In this document: positions 42,281 through 51,691 of the stretch, in pieces
Numbering within the stretch: the stretch's first letter is position 1
Layout: every line of letters begins with the position of its first letter
Assembly (NCBI GenBank): GCA_903944345.1
Contig: CAJARJ010000016.1
Location: forward strand, 89,852 to 153,851
Source: Candidatus Omnitrophota bacterium
GTDB lineage: Bacteria > Omnitrophota > Gorgyraeia > Zapsychrales > Fredricksoniimonadaceae
DNA length: 64,000 nucleotides
Direction of reading: 5' to 3'
Program-made: the position numbers and the translations under genes
Notes under the pieces: model-generated
Seen by the model: the letters and a program-made list of their open reading frames with translations, nothing else
Databases searched by the model: none
Told to the model about the DNA's origin: nothing

Positions 42281-42747
42281 ATCTGAAAGAACTTAAGGAA
42301 ATGATCGAGCTCATGAACGAAAACGGCTTGGCCGAGATTGAGATCGAGAACGGGGCAACAAAAGTAAAAGTCAAAAAAGCTTTTGAATCCGTCCCGGCCG
42401 TTGCTCCGGTGGTTTATACGCCTTCGCCTGCCGTGGTTCCTGCGCGTACAGATATGGCTTCAATACCGGCTGCTGCGAATTCGTCTGTCGAGCCAGTTAT
42501 TAATCTGCAGGAAATCAAATCTCCGATGGTGGGTACGTTCTATCGTTCTCCTTCACCGGAAGCTGCGCCTTTTCTTGAGATCGGACAGACAGTTGAGGTC
42601 GGTCAGGTCGTTTGCATCATCGAAGCGATGAAGTTGATGAACGAAATCAAGAGTGAAGTCAGGGGCAAAGTGGTTGAGATCGGTGTTGATAACGCCGAGC
42701 CTGTTGAATTCGGACAGGTTCTGTTTCGTGTAGCTCCGATAAAGTAG
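42277..42747 (+). CDS. accB: Biotin carboxyl carrier protein of acetyl-CoA carboxylase
   Basis: Biotinylation motif EAMKLMNEI; Pro/Ala linker. Confidence 0.93.
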   Translation: MNLKELKEMIELMNENGLAEIEIENGATKVKVKKAFESVPAVAPVVYTPSPAVVPARTDMASIPAAANSSVEPVINLQEIKSPMVGTFYRSPSPEAAPFLEIGQTVEVGQVVCIIEAMKLMNEIKSEVRGKVVEIGVDNAEPVEFGQVLFRVAPIK

Positions 42748-42817
42748 CTCCCTGTATTTGGCGAGTCCGGTTTCCGAGCAGATTCTGGCAGACCTTTTGA
42801 TAAACAGAAAGACAGAC

Positions 42818-44167
42818 ATGTTTTCCAAGATTCTTATTGCCAATCGTGGCGAGATTGCTTTACGTATTATCCGGGCATGTAAAGAACTGGGGATATCAAC
42901 GGTTGCAGTCTATTCCGAGGTAGACCGGGATTCGTTGCATGTCCGCTTTGCTGACGAAGCTGTTTGTATCGGCAAGGCTTCCAGCACGGAAAGCTATCTC
43001 AATATTCCGGCTATTATTTCTGCCGCAGAGATAACAGATGTTGAGGCCATTCATCCCGGATATGGTTTTCTGTCCGAGAACGCTCATTTTGCCGAAATAT
43101 GCGAGTCGTGCAAGATTCATTTTATCGGTCCGACTCCGCAAACCATCCGCATGATGGGGGACAAGATTACGGCTAAAGAGACTGCAAGAAAAGCAGGAGT
43201 TCCTTTGACGCCGGGTGGGACTGGCATTGTCAATACCACGGAAGAGGCGCTGGCCATTGCCAAGCAGATCAAGTATCCCGTTATTATCAAGGCCACTGCC
43301 GGCGGTGGCGGGAAAGGTATGCGGGTTTGTCATAATGATGTCACCTTGTTGAGTTCTCTGAAGCTGGCGCAGACCGAAGCGGAAAAGAATTTCAAGAATC
43401 CGGATGTTTATATCGAGAAATATCTTACTGATCCCCGGCATGTCGAGTTTCAGATTCTTGCTGACTACCACGGGAATATCATTCACCTTGGAGAAAGGGA
43501 TTGCTCTGTACAGCGCCGTCACCAGAAGCTGATCGAGGAATCGCCTTCGCCAGCTCTTTCGGATAAGCTCAGGAAGCGGATGGGCGAGGCTGCGGTTAAA
43601 GCTGCCAAGGCCGCCAATTACCGGGGTGTCGGAACGGTAGAGTTTCTGCTGGACAAGAATGAAGATTTCTTTTTCATGGAAATGAATACCCGCATTCAGG
43701 TGGAACATCCCGTGACCGAGATGGTCACTGGGCTGGATCTTATCAAGGAGCAGATCAAGGCGGCTTGTGGCGAGAAACTGAAGCTCAGACAGGAAGACAT
43801 CAAAATATCCGGGCATTCTATCGAGTGCCGGATTAATGCCGAGGATCCGGATAATAACTTTATTCCTTGTCCGGGAAAAATTGAACAGCTGAATTTGCCA
43901 GGTGGCCCTGGTGTCAGGGTTGATACGCATATTTATTCCGGGTATAAAATAAGTCCCTATTACGATTCCATGGTGGCCAAGTTGATCGTTCATGGCCGGG
44001 ATCGCCGGGAGGCGATCAGGATCATGCGTCGTGCGCTGGACGAGTTTTATATTTCTCCGATCAAAACCACGATACCACTGCACATGCAGATTATGAACAA
44101 TACCCATTTCGTCAAGGGGCAGATCTCGACGCATTTCCTCGAGAAAATGGCGAAGAAGGAAGACTGA
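42818..44167 (+). CDS. accC: Biotin carboxylase
   Basis: [21 protein letters not shown]...; ATP-grasp domain; ATG 42818 (ORF track 42758 adds 20 aa). Confidence 0.95.
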   Translation: MFSKILIANRGEIALRIIRACKELGISTVAVYSEVDRDSLHVRFADEAVCIGKASSTESYLNIPAIISAAEITDVEAIHPGYGFLSENAHFAEICESCKIHFIGPTPQTIRMMGDKITAKETARKAGVPLTPGGTGIVNTTEEALAIAKQIKYPVIIKATAGGGGKGMRVCHNDVTLLSSLKLAQTEAEKNFKNPDVYIEKYLTDPRHVEFQILADYHGNIIHLGERDCSVQRRHQKLIEESPSPALSDKLRKRMGEAAVKAAKAANYRGVGTVEFLLDKNEDFFFMEMNTRIQVEHPVTEMVTGLDLIKEQIKAACGEKLKLRQEDIKISGHSIECRINAEDPDNNFIPCPGKIEQLNLPGGPGVRVDTHIYSGYKISPYYDSMVAKLIVHGRDRREAIRIMRRALDEFYISPIKTTIPLHMQIMNNTHFVKGQISTHFLEKMAKKED

Positions 44168-44517
44168 TGAAGCCGGAAAGCAGAATTGATCTCGGCGCGA
44201 TCAAGATCCACAAGTCTGTTGTTGCGGATATTTGTTGTGCGGCTGTGGCTGGAGTGGAGGGCGTAACAGTATTTCGGAATGATGTGCTCGAAGGTTTTCT
44301 GGCTCTTTTTGGTGTCCGGCACAACTCTGCTGTCGATGTTGTTCTGGATCCACGGGGGCAGGTGAGTGTTGTCGTCAAGGTGAATGTGCGCTTTGGACTG
44401 AATTTATCGGAGATTTCCCGGCGCTTGCAGGATGCGGTTATGACAGCTGTCGAGCAAATGGTAGATGTTGATCTTAAAGACGTCGATGTGGTGGTGCGGG
44501 GGATTGAAAGGGGGTAG
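44167..44517 (+). CDS. Asp23/Gls24-family alkaline-shock protein
   Basis: IKIHKSVVADICCAAVAGVEGV... matches the Asp23 (DUF322) pattern. Confidence 0.8.
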   Translation: MKPESRIDLGAIKIHKSVVADICCAAVAGVEGVTVFRNDVLEGFLALFGVRHNSAVDVVLDPRGQVSVVVKVNVRFGLNLSEISRRLQDAVMTAVEQMVDVDLKDVDVVVRGIERG

Positions 44518-44520
44518 CGC

Positions 44521-45135
44521 TTGAAATTGCTGACACGGGTTGCGATCTTTTTTTATGTTTTGTTGATTATGCTTATTGGCTTGTCCGGACTTCTGCTGCT
44601 GGCGCATCAGATTGATCTGGGGATTTGTATTGATTTTCTGACCTATTTGTACAAGGATCCGCAGGCAGCTCTGGTTGCCGGGGTTATTATTGCCGGCAGT
44701 ATGCTGGTTTCGTTGGCTTTGGCCAGAATTATTTATGGCCGGCAGGAGAAGGAAAGCATTATTTCCTTCGACAATCCTCTGGGAAGGGTGACCATTTCTC
44801 TTTCCGCGCTGGAAGATCTGGTTCGACGGATGGTTATCCTTACGCCGCAGATCAAGGAAATTCGTCCCAGCATCGTTTCGACAAAAAAAGGGCTTAATAT
44901 CGAGATTCGTCTGGTTCTTGGTTCGGATGTCAATATTGCTGAACTGACGGCAGACTTGCAGGGATTGATCAAACGCAAGCTTCAGGATGTTATCGGAGTG
45001 GATGAAAGAATTATGATTCGCATCCATGTCGTCAAGATTGCGGCTGATTTTACCAAGCCGTCCAAGAATTCCTTGCCGGACTATGATGATGAGGCAGTCG
45101 GGCGTCCGCTGCCGTTCCCTGGATATAAAGTCTGA
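44521..45135 (+). CDS. Asp23 membrane-anchor (AmaP-like) protein
   Basis: Two N-terminal TM helices then soluble domain; gene paired with asp23; TTG start uncertain (alternative ATG 44569). Confidence 0.6.
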   Translation: MKLLTRVAIFFYVLLIMLIGLSGLLLLAHQIDLGICIDFLTYLYKDPQAALVAGVIIAGSMLVSLALARIIYGRQEKESIISFDNPLGRVTISLSALEDLVRRMVILTPQIKEIRPSIVSTKKGLNIEIRLVLGSDVNIAELTADLQGLIKRKLQDVIGVDERIMIRIHVVKIAADFTKPSKNSLPDYDDEAVGRPLPFPGYKV

Positions 45136-45145
45136 GGATCTCGAC

Positions 45146-46165
45146 ATGAAGAAAATAGGCATTCTTACCGGAGGAGCGGATTGTCCCGGGTTAAACGCCG
45201 TTATTCGTGCGGTAGTATACAAAGGCCTTCAGGAAGGTTATGTTATTACGGGGATCAAGAATGGCTGGCAGGGACTGATCGACAATGATACGCGGATTCT
45301 TGACACTCGCGCCGTTTCCGGAATTCTTGATCGCGGAGGCACTATTCTCGGGACCAGCCGGGTTGATCCTTCGCAGAGTCCCGAGCAGATCGAGAAGATT
45401 GCCGAGAATTACAAACGTAACGGGATGGATGCTGTTATTGCTGTCGGTGGAGAGGTTACCCTGGCAACGGCTCTGGATCTTTTTAATCGCGATATCCTGA
45501 ATGTTGTCGGGATTCCCAAGTCGATCGATAATGCCCTTTCCGGAACGGATTACGCTTTTGGTTTTGATACCGCTGTTCAGGTTGCTACCGAATTGATTGA
45601 CCGCTTGCATACCACAGCCGAGAGTCATCACCGGATTATGGTTATTGAAGTTATGGGGCATTATACGGGTTGGATTGCGGTCGAAGCCGGTTTGGCCGGC
45701 GGTGCAGATGTGATTCTTATCCCCGAGATCAAAATTAATATTGAGAAAGTCTGCGAAGCTCTGCGCAGCAGGCATCGTCGCGGCAAGTCTTTTTCGATCA
45801 TCGTTGTGTCCGAAGGGGCAGAATTTGACGCACATAGCGGCATTCCCGAAGGCTATGAGAAACGCCGTTTTGGTAGTATTGGCGAAAAGCTGGCCAAGCT
45901 GATCGAGAATATCACCGGTTACGAAGCTCGCGTCAGTGTTCTTGGCCATATTCAGCGGGGCGGGGCTCCTACGGCTTTTGACCGCATTCTTGGCACCCGT
46001 TTTGGTGTCAAGGCTGTGGAGATGGTCAAGGAAGGCAAGTTCGGGAAAATGGCTTCTTACCAGAATAACCGTATTAAATATTGTGATATTGCCGAGGCCG
46101 TCAAGCAGCGCAAAAAGGTCGAAATGGATCTTTTTGATATTGCCCGGGTCTTCTGCGCGGAGTAG
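45146..46165 (+). CDS. pfkA: ATP-dependent 6-phosphofructokinase
   Basis: MKKIGILTGGADCPGLNAVIRAVV, GGDGS-like region, catalytic residues; ATG 45146 (ORF track 45026 over-extends). Confidence 0.92.
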   Translation: MKKIGILTGGADCPGLNAVIRAVVYKGLQEGYVITGIKNGWQGLIDNDTRILDTRAVSGILDRGGTILGTSRVDPSQSPEQIEKIAENYKRNGMDAVIAVGGEVTLATALDLFNRDILNVVGIPKSIDNALSGTDYAFGFDTAVQVATELIDRLHTTAESHHRIMVIEVMGHYTGWIAVEAGLAGGADVILIPEIKINIEKVCEALRSRHRRGKSFSIIVVSEGAEFDAHSGIPEGYEKRRFGSIGEKLAKLIENITGYEARVSVLGHIQRGGAPTAFDRILGTRFGVKAVEMVKEGKFGKMASYQNNRIKYCDIAEAVKQRKKVEMDLFDIARVFCAE

Positions 46166-46170
46166 CTTTT

Positions 46171-46740
46171 ATGAAACAGCGTTTGCAAAAGATTCTAGAG
46201 GATTCCATTTCTGCCCAGAAACAGGCATTTGAATCAAATTTTGAAGCGGTCGATAAACTGGTCGCAGCCATGATCAAGGCGTTTGAATCAGGCCATCGGG
46301 TCTTTTTTTGTGGAAATGGTGGTTCTGCTGCGGACAGTCAGCATATTGCCGCGGAGTTTATTGGTCGTTTTCAGAAGGAGCGAAAAGCTCTTCCGGCGAT
46401 TGCCTTGACTACGGATACCTCGGTTCTTACCTGTCTGGCTAACGACTACGGTTATGATGTTGTTTTTTCCCGCCAGCTGGAAGGCTTGGCTCATCCGGGT
46501 GATATTTTGGTCGGACTTTCGACCAGCGGCAAGTCGGTCAATGTTCTTAAGGCTTTTGAAAAGGCCCGCCAGATGCGGGTTTTGACTGTGGCGCTTACCG
46601 GGCATGATGGCGGACCGATGGGCAAGATGGCAGACATTTCGATTATTGTTCCTTCAAAGGTTACGGCGCGCATTCAGGAAGCTCACATTATTCTGGCGCA
46701 TGCTATCTGTGAATTGGTTGAGGAACATTTTGCCGCCTGA
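46171..46740 (+). CDS. gmhA: Phosphoheptose isomerase (SIS domain)
   Basis: GNGGSAADSQHIAAEF and SIS fold; adjacent to the heptose adenylyltransferase gene. Confidence 0.9.
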   Translation: MKQRLQKILEDSISAQKQAFESNFEAVDKLVAAMIKAFESGHRVFFCGNGGSAADSQHIAAEFIGRFQKERKALPAIALTTDTSVLTCLANDYGYDVVFSRQLEGLAHPGDILVGLSTSGKSVNVLKAFEKARQMRVLTVALTGHDGGPMGKMADISIIVPSKVTARIQEAHIILAHAICELVEEHFAA

Positions 46741-46747
46741 ATTTTGC

Positions 46748-47257
46748 ATGCCCATGAAAACAACACAAAAAAAAATTCTTAATGCTGCAGAACTGTCCGT
46801 CAAGATTGCGGATTATCGCCGTCATGAACGAAAGATCGTTTTCACCAACGGCTGTTTTGATATTCTGCATTGGGGGCATGTCAGCTATTTGCAGCAGGCC
46901 AAAAAGAACGATTCGCGTGTGCTGATTATTGGTCTGAATAGTGACCGTTCTGTCCGCACTCTGGAGAAAGGCCCTGATCGTCCCATTATCCCGCAGAAGG
47001 AACGGGCCGCCCTGCTTGCGGCGATGTCTTGCGTGGATCATGTGGTGCTTTTTAACGAGCCAACTCCGGAGAAGCTTATAGGCCTTTTGCAGCCTGATAT
47101 TCTGGTTAAGGGGGCGGACTGGAAGGGCAAGGCCGTAGCCGGAGCGGATCTGGTTCGAGCGCGTGGAGGCAGGGTTGAGTTTATCCGCTATTTGTCGGGA
47201 TTGTCGACGACGAATATTATTGCGAAGGTGAGAAAAACGTGCGTAAACGCCGCCTAG
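46748..47257 (+). CDS. D-glycero-beta-D-manno-heptose 1-phosphate adenylyltransferase (RfaE domain II / HldE C-terminal)
   Basis: Cytidylyltransferase fold: VFTNGCFDILHWGHVSYL, IIGLNSDRSV; ATG 46748 after gmhA stop. Confidence 0.88.
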   Translation: MPMKTTQKKILNAAELSVKIADYRRHERKIVFTNGCFDILHWGHVSYLQQAKKNDSRVLIIGLNSDRSVRTLEKGPDRPIIPQKERAALLAAMSCVDHVVLFNEPTPEKLIGLLQPDILVKGADWKGKAVAGADLVRARGGRVEFIRYLSGLSTTNIIAKVRKTCVNAA

Positions 47258-47661
47258 ACCAGAAAGTTTTGTTTCGCGTTGTCGATGCCAATTTTAACCG
47301 GGCCAAGGAAGGGCTTCGGGTTTGCGAGGACACGGCCCGTTTTGTTCAGGACAGCAGGGTATTGGCTAAAGGTTATAAAGATGTTCGCCACAAACTGACG
47401 GGCGCGATTTCCGGATTTGGTTTGCAGGAGTTATTAAGCGCCCGGGATATTCAGGGCGATGTTGGCAGAACAACCACGGCGCCCGAGTCGGTTCGTTCGT
47501 CGGTGAATGATATTTTTCACGCTAATTCGCAAAGGGTTAAAGAATCCTTGCGGGTTTTGGAAGAATTCGCTAAACTAGTGGACATTACAACGGCTGAAAA
47601 TTTGAAATTGTTACGTTATAAGGTTTACGCTCTTGAGAAATCAGCGCTTGTCGGCAGCTAG
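47239..47661 (+). CDS. Conserved hypothetical protein, translationally coupled to thiE
   Basis: 140-aa ORF, GTG start, overlaps thiE start by 29 nt; no family assignable by eye. Confidence 0.5.
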   Translation: MRKRRLDQKVLFRVVDANFNRAKEGLRVCEDTARFVQDSRVLAKGYKDVRHKLTGAISGFGLQELLSARDIQGDVGRTTTAPESVRSSVNDIFHANSQRVKESLRVLEEFAKLVDITTAENLKLLRYKVYALEKSALVGS

Positions 47662-48262
47662 GTTATATCTTATTCTGGATGTTGCAGTGCTGGAACGTGA
47701 GCGTTTATTGCAGATAATAGATCCGGCCATTACGGGCGGCGTGGATATCGTCCAGTTGAGAGACAAAGCAGGCGATAGCCGTGATGTTCTTTGTTTCGCA
47801 CAGAAAGTCCGGGATATTGTTGGTCAGAGGGCTTTGTTTATTCTTAACGACCGTCCGGATATCGCCCGGTTTTGCGGAGCTGATGGCGTGCATCTTGGGC
47901 AAAATGATGTTCCGGTTTCTGTGGTCAAAAAGCTCTTTGGTTCTGATTTTATTGTCGGTTGTTCCTGTCAGACGCCGGAACAGGTGTTTGTGGCGCAACA
48001 GGACGGAGCAGATTATATCGGTTTTGGTTCTGTTTACAAGACACAGACAAAGCCGGACAGAGAGCCGATGCAGCGCAACATTCTTGAGCGCGCGTTGGCA
48101 GCGGCCAGTATTCCTTTGTTTCCTATTGGAGGAATTACCAGAGACAACCTCCCGGAACTTGTTGATCTGGGGGCGTCTCGGGCGGCTGTTTGCCGGGATA
48201 TTCTTCTGGCGACTGATCCTGCCGGAACAGCACGGGTTCTCCGGCGGTTTGTTGATAAGTAA
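47633..48262 (+). CDS. thiE: Thiamine-phosphate synthase
   Basis: LYLILD, VDIVQLRDK, GADGVHLGQ and IGGI motifs of ThiE. Confidence 0.9.
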   Translation: MRNQRLSAARLYLILDVAVLERERLLQIIDPAITGGVDIVQLRDKAGDSRDVLCFAQKVRDIVGQRALFILNDRPDIARFCGADGVHLGQNDVPVSVVKKLFGSDFIVGCSCQTPEQVFVAQQDGADYIGFGSVYKTQTKPDREPMQRNILERALAAASIPLFPIGGITRDNLPELVDLGASRAAVCRDILLATDPAGTARVLRRFVDK

Positions 48263-48276
48263 TTAAGCTTTTTCTT

Positions 48277-48350
<74 letters not shown>

Positions 48351-48383
48351 TATTTTTTGTTGTTGCACAATGCGGATTGATAC

Positions 48384-49070
48384 ATGATTGATCCCAAACG
48401 TTGTCTATATCTTTCGGGTCTTGTAATCGGGGTGTTGTTCCTGACCGGTTGCGCGACAGTAAAAAATCCTTCCGATGTGGTTGCTCCAGAGAAACAGGCT
48501 CTTCAGCTTAAAGGAATCCAGCATAAAGTTAACAGGGGTGAAACCCTCTGGCGCATCGCCAAGGCTTACGGGGTTACTGTTGACGAGATTATCCAGGCAA
48601 ACAATATTCCGGATGTGGCCTCGATTGAAGTCGGACAGCTGGTTTTTATTCCCGGAGCGGCGGCCTTGCGGAGCGTTCCCGCCGTGAGTGCCCAGGAGGG
48701 CAAGGATAATGATTTTGTCTGGCCTGTGCGGGGCAAGGTTTTTTCTTATTTTCGCGAGCTTCAGGGCGGAACACATAACAGGGGAATTGATATCGCGTGT
48801 GCCGAAGGCGATATTATCAAGGCGGCGCGTTCCGGCAAAGTTGTTCTGGCCAGTCGTCTGCCGGGACATGCCTACACAGTGATTCTTGAACATGCTGACG
48901 GTTTCTTTACTGTATATTCGCATAACGCGCAGATCATGGTTACAGTTAATGATCTGGTGTCACGAGGAAGCAAGATTGCGCTCCCTGCTTCGTCGGGCGG
49001 AAAACTTTACGCCCATTTCGAGATTCGCAAAGGGGACAAGCCCAGTAATCCTTTATACTATCTGCCTTGA
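48384..49070 (+). CDS. NlpD-like lipoprotein: LysM domain plus peptidase M23 (LytM) domain
   Basis: Lipobox LTGC; LysM (VNRGETLWRIAKAYGVTVDEIIQANNI); M23 motifs present but HxH reads YAHFEIR (first His missing). Confidence 0.85.
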   Translation: MIDPKRCLYLSGLVIGVLFLTGCATVKNPSDVVAPEKQALQLKGIQHKVNRGETLWRIAKAYGVTVDEIIQANNIPDVASIEVGQLVFIPGAAALRSVPAVSAQEGKDNDFVWPVRGKVFSYFRELQGGTHNRGIDIACAEGDIIKAARSGKVVLASRLPGHAYTVILEHADGFFTVYSHNAQIMVTVNDLVSRGSKIALPASSGGKLYAHFEIRKGDKPSNPLYYLP

Positions 49071-50701
49071 AAGAAAATATGGAACATTCATTCCTTGGTA
49101 GAAAGCAGATTGTTGATTTGATCAAACGCCGTGTTTCCGATCTCAAGGAGGGCTACCGTCAGAATATAGCCCTGATCGGTTGCCTGCATGTCGGCAAAAG
49201 TACTGTTCTTCAGTCTTTTCTCGAGGGGTTTGATGACAGCGCTGTCGGCAGTATTTATCTTGATCTTGAAAACCGGGATCTGGACTATTTTGTCATCAAG
49301 ACCTGTCGTAGCATCCTCCATCATTTCTGCCGGATTAAAGGGCTGGAACTGCACGAAGATATCGGCAGGCTTTCCGCTTCGGCCCGCAGTCATATTCCGG
49401 CGACAGTGGACGGGGTTTCCTCCGCCCTGACGGCCCTGGAGAAAGGGCGCACAGCGGAGGCTTTCGATATGACGTTGTCCCTCCCCGAGATTCTGGCCCA
49501 GGAATGCGAACTGAAAACCGTTATTATCTATGACGAATTTCAGTCGATCGGAGAGATGGGCGTGCCGGAAGCTTTCCGAAGGCTGGCGGATCGGATTACA
49601 ACCCAGAAACATTCTTTGTATATCCTGGCCAGTTCCTTTCAGGAACAGGCCTCCAGAATCCTCGAGGAGGAACTGACTCTTCTTTTCGGCAGTTTTGAAC
49701 TGGTGCATCTTTTGCCGCTGGATCTGAATGCCAGTCTCGAGTTTATCGAGCGTCGTCTTGGCGGAGTCAAGCTTTCACCAACCTTGCGCAGCTTCCTGGC
49801 GGATTTTACCGGAGGCAGGCCATTGTACCTCGATATTATTTCTCAGGAGATCATCAATCTTGCGGCGATTTACAAGCAACAGGAAGTTTATGCTCCTTTG
49901 CTGGCGCAGGCCGTGGAGAATCTGCTTTTTAACCGCTGGGGAGCCCTGAGCCGACATTTTGAGTTGAGTGTTGAGCGTTTATGTGCCGGGAAGAATAATC
50001 GTCTGGTCATGACAGTTTTGTTTTTTCTTGCTGACGGTGTCCACAGGTTAAAAGATATTGTTGCTGGCTGCGGTGCCAAGCAGTCGCAGGTTTCCGCCCG
50101 CCTGAATTCTTTGGTTGCAGACGGTGTGGTCGAGAAAAACGGGCCGTATTTCCATATCAAAGACAAGCTGATGGCTTATTGGATCCGTTATATTTTCCAG
50201 AAGCGGATCAAAAGTATCGAGCTTGAGCCGGGCAAGCAACGAGAGGAATTTCGTGAGGCTATCCTTAAAGCCATTAACGAATTCCAGACTAATTGCCGTA
50301 AAGATTTGTCCAGCCGGGTGATTGAATTGCTCAATTGTTTCGAGAACGAGCATCTGAATCTTTATGGACGCAGCTACAAGCTTCCTATGTTCAAGGAAGC
50401 CAAATCTCTTAGGATGGGGCAGGCAGGTGGACAGGAATTTGATGTGATCCAGGCTGAGGCCGACGACGGTGCGTGGCTGCTGGTTTTACGCAAGGATCCT
50501 TTGGCCGAAAAAGATATCAGCGGTGTGGTTGAAGAAGTGCGCAAGATGGGGATTCGCATGCGTAAATGCGTTCTGGTTCCCTTCTCCGGTATTGATGATA
50601 CGGCCCGGCTTTGCGCACTTAATGAGCGCATGTGGATCTGGAATGAGCCGGTCCTTAATTCGTTAATGAGCCTTTACGGCAAGTCATATATTGTGCCATG
50701 A
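49067..50701 (+). CDS. AAA+ ATPase of the archaeal-type ATPase_2 (PF01637-like) family with winged-helix and extra C-terminal domain
   Basis: FLGRKQIVDLI...IALIGCLHVGKST (Walker A), VIIYDEFQ (Walker B), predicted wHTH (VHRLKDIVAGCGAKQSQVSARLNSLV), C-terminal 100 aa of unknown fold. Confidence 0.65.
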   Translation: MKENMEHSFLGRKQIVDLIKRRVSDLKEGYRQNIALIGCLHVGKSTVLQSFLEGFDDSAVGSIYLDLENRDLDYFVIKTCRSILHHFCRIKGLELHEDIGRLSASARSHIPATVDGVSSALTALEKGRTAEAFDMTLSLPEILAQECELKTVIIYDEFQSIGEMGVPEAFRRLADRITTQKHSLYILASSFQEQASRILEEELTLLFGSFELVHLLPLDLNASLEFIERRLGGVKLSPTLRSFLADFTGGRPLYLDIISQEIINLAAIYKQQEVYAPLLAQAVENLLFNRWGALSRHFELSVERLCAGKNNRLVMTVLFFLADGVHRLKDIVAGCGAKQSQVSARLNSLVADGVVEKNGPYFHIKDKLMAYWIRYIFQKRIKSIELEPGKQREEFREAILKAINEFQTNCRKDLSSRVIELLNCFENEHLNLYGRSYKLPMFKEAKSLRMGQAGGQEFDVIQAEADDGAWLLVLRKDPLAEKDISGVVEEVRKMGIRMRKCVLVPFSGIDDTARLCALNERMWIWNEPVLNSLMSLYGKSYIVP

Positions 50702-51177
50702 AAATAGTTGTCATGTCGGACACGCATTCCTATCCTTTACCCCGGACGTTGATCGACGAGATCAAAAAAGCGGATATGGTTATTCATGCCGGCGACTTTA
50801 CCGATGTCAGCGTGCTGGATGCCTTACGCAAAGACAAAGAGGTGCGGGCGGTTTACGGGAATATGGACGGGATGGATTTGCGCAGGCAGTTGCCCCAAAG
50901 CCAGGTTTTTCGTTGTGCGGATGTTGGTGTCGGGCTTTTTCACGGGGAAGGAGCTAGCGCTGGGCTTCTGGAAAGAGTGCAAAAGCGCTTCAGCGGCGAG
51001 GATGTCCAGGTGGTGATTTTCGGGCACACACATGAGCCGATGAATGACATCATAAACGGAGTGCTGTATTTCAATCCTGGAAGCCCTACGGATAATTACC
51101 GGGCGCCGTATTGCTCTTTCGGCATTCTTGAGATTGCGGGCAAGAACATCAAGAGCCGGATTGTCCGGATCAGTTAA
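50698..51177 (+). CDS. Metallophosphoesterase, YfcE/MJ0936 family
   Basis: MKIVVMSDTHS, HAGDF, GNMD, FGHTHEP metal-binding motifs. Confidence 0.88.
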   Translation: MKIVVMSDTHSYPLPRTLIDEIKKADMVIHAGDFTDVSVLDALRKDKEVRAVYGNMDGMDLRRQLPQSQVFRCADVGVGLFHGEGASAGLLERVQKRFSGEDVQVVIFGHTHEPMNDIINGVLYFNPGSPTDNYRAPYCSFGILEIAGKNIKSRIVRIS

Positions 51178-51199
51178 GTCGAACGAAAGAACCAGTGGC

Positions 51200-51691
51200 A
51201 TGAATATTTTGTGGGCACCCTGGCGCGAAGCTTATGTTGTCCGTTCCTCCGGTGACAAAAAGAAAAAAGGCTGTGTATTCTGCGCCATCTTCAAGGAAAA
51301 GAAAGATCGCAAGAATTATATCTTTCTGCGTTCTTCTACCTGTTTTGCCGTGCTTAATATCTATCCTTTCAACGGTGGACATTCCCTCGTTATACCTAAC
51401 CGGCATATTTCCGATCTGACGGAAATGACGACAGAAGAGCGAACAGACTTCTTTGATACTTTGGTGCGGGTAAAAACCATTCTGCAGAAGGCTTTTAGTC
51501 CCAATGCGTTTAATGTGGGCCTTAATCTTGGCCATCTTGCCGGGGCGGGGATCCCGGAACATTTACATATGCATGTTGTGCCCCGTTGGTCGGGGGATAT
51601 GAATTTCATGCCGGTTCTTTTTGAAGTCAAGGTCATGCCGGTGTCTTTAAGGAAGGTTTACGAGGCGGTTGTCAATGCACAAAAGAACTGA
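51200..51691 (+). CDS. HIT-family nucleotide hydrolase/transferase
   Basis: Histidine-triad motif EHLHMHVVPR; ATG 51200 (ORF-track start 51128 over-extends). Confidence 0.85.
   Translation: MNILWAPWREAYVVRSSGDKKKKGCVFCAIFKEKKDRKNYIFLRSSTCFAVLNIYPFNGGHSLVIPNRHISDLTEMTTEERTDFFDTLVRVKTILQKAFSPNAFNVGLNLGHLAGAGIPEHLHMHVVPRWSGDMNFMPVLFEVKVMPVSLRKVYEAVVNAQKN

Noticed and set aside
42896-44134. 412-aa ORF on the minus strand, antisense to accC
   Set aside because: It is entirely embedded in the well-supported accC gene. Long stop-free antisense frames are typical of GC-richer, codon-biased genes. No motifs are seen.
44404-45949. 272-aa and 252-aa minus-strand ORFs, antisense to the amaP-like gene and pfkA
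   Set aside because: Antisense to confidently assigned genes; products are low complexity and Q/N/R-rich with no recognisable domain.
50691-51016. 88-aa and 76-aa alternative-frame ORFs inside the yfcE-like gene
   Set aside because: They overlap a gene with clear metallophosphoesterase motifs and have no motifs of their own.
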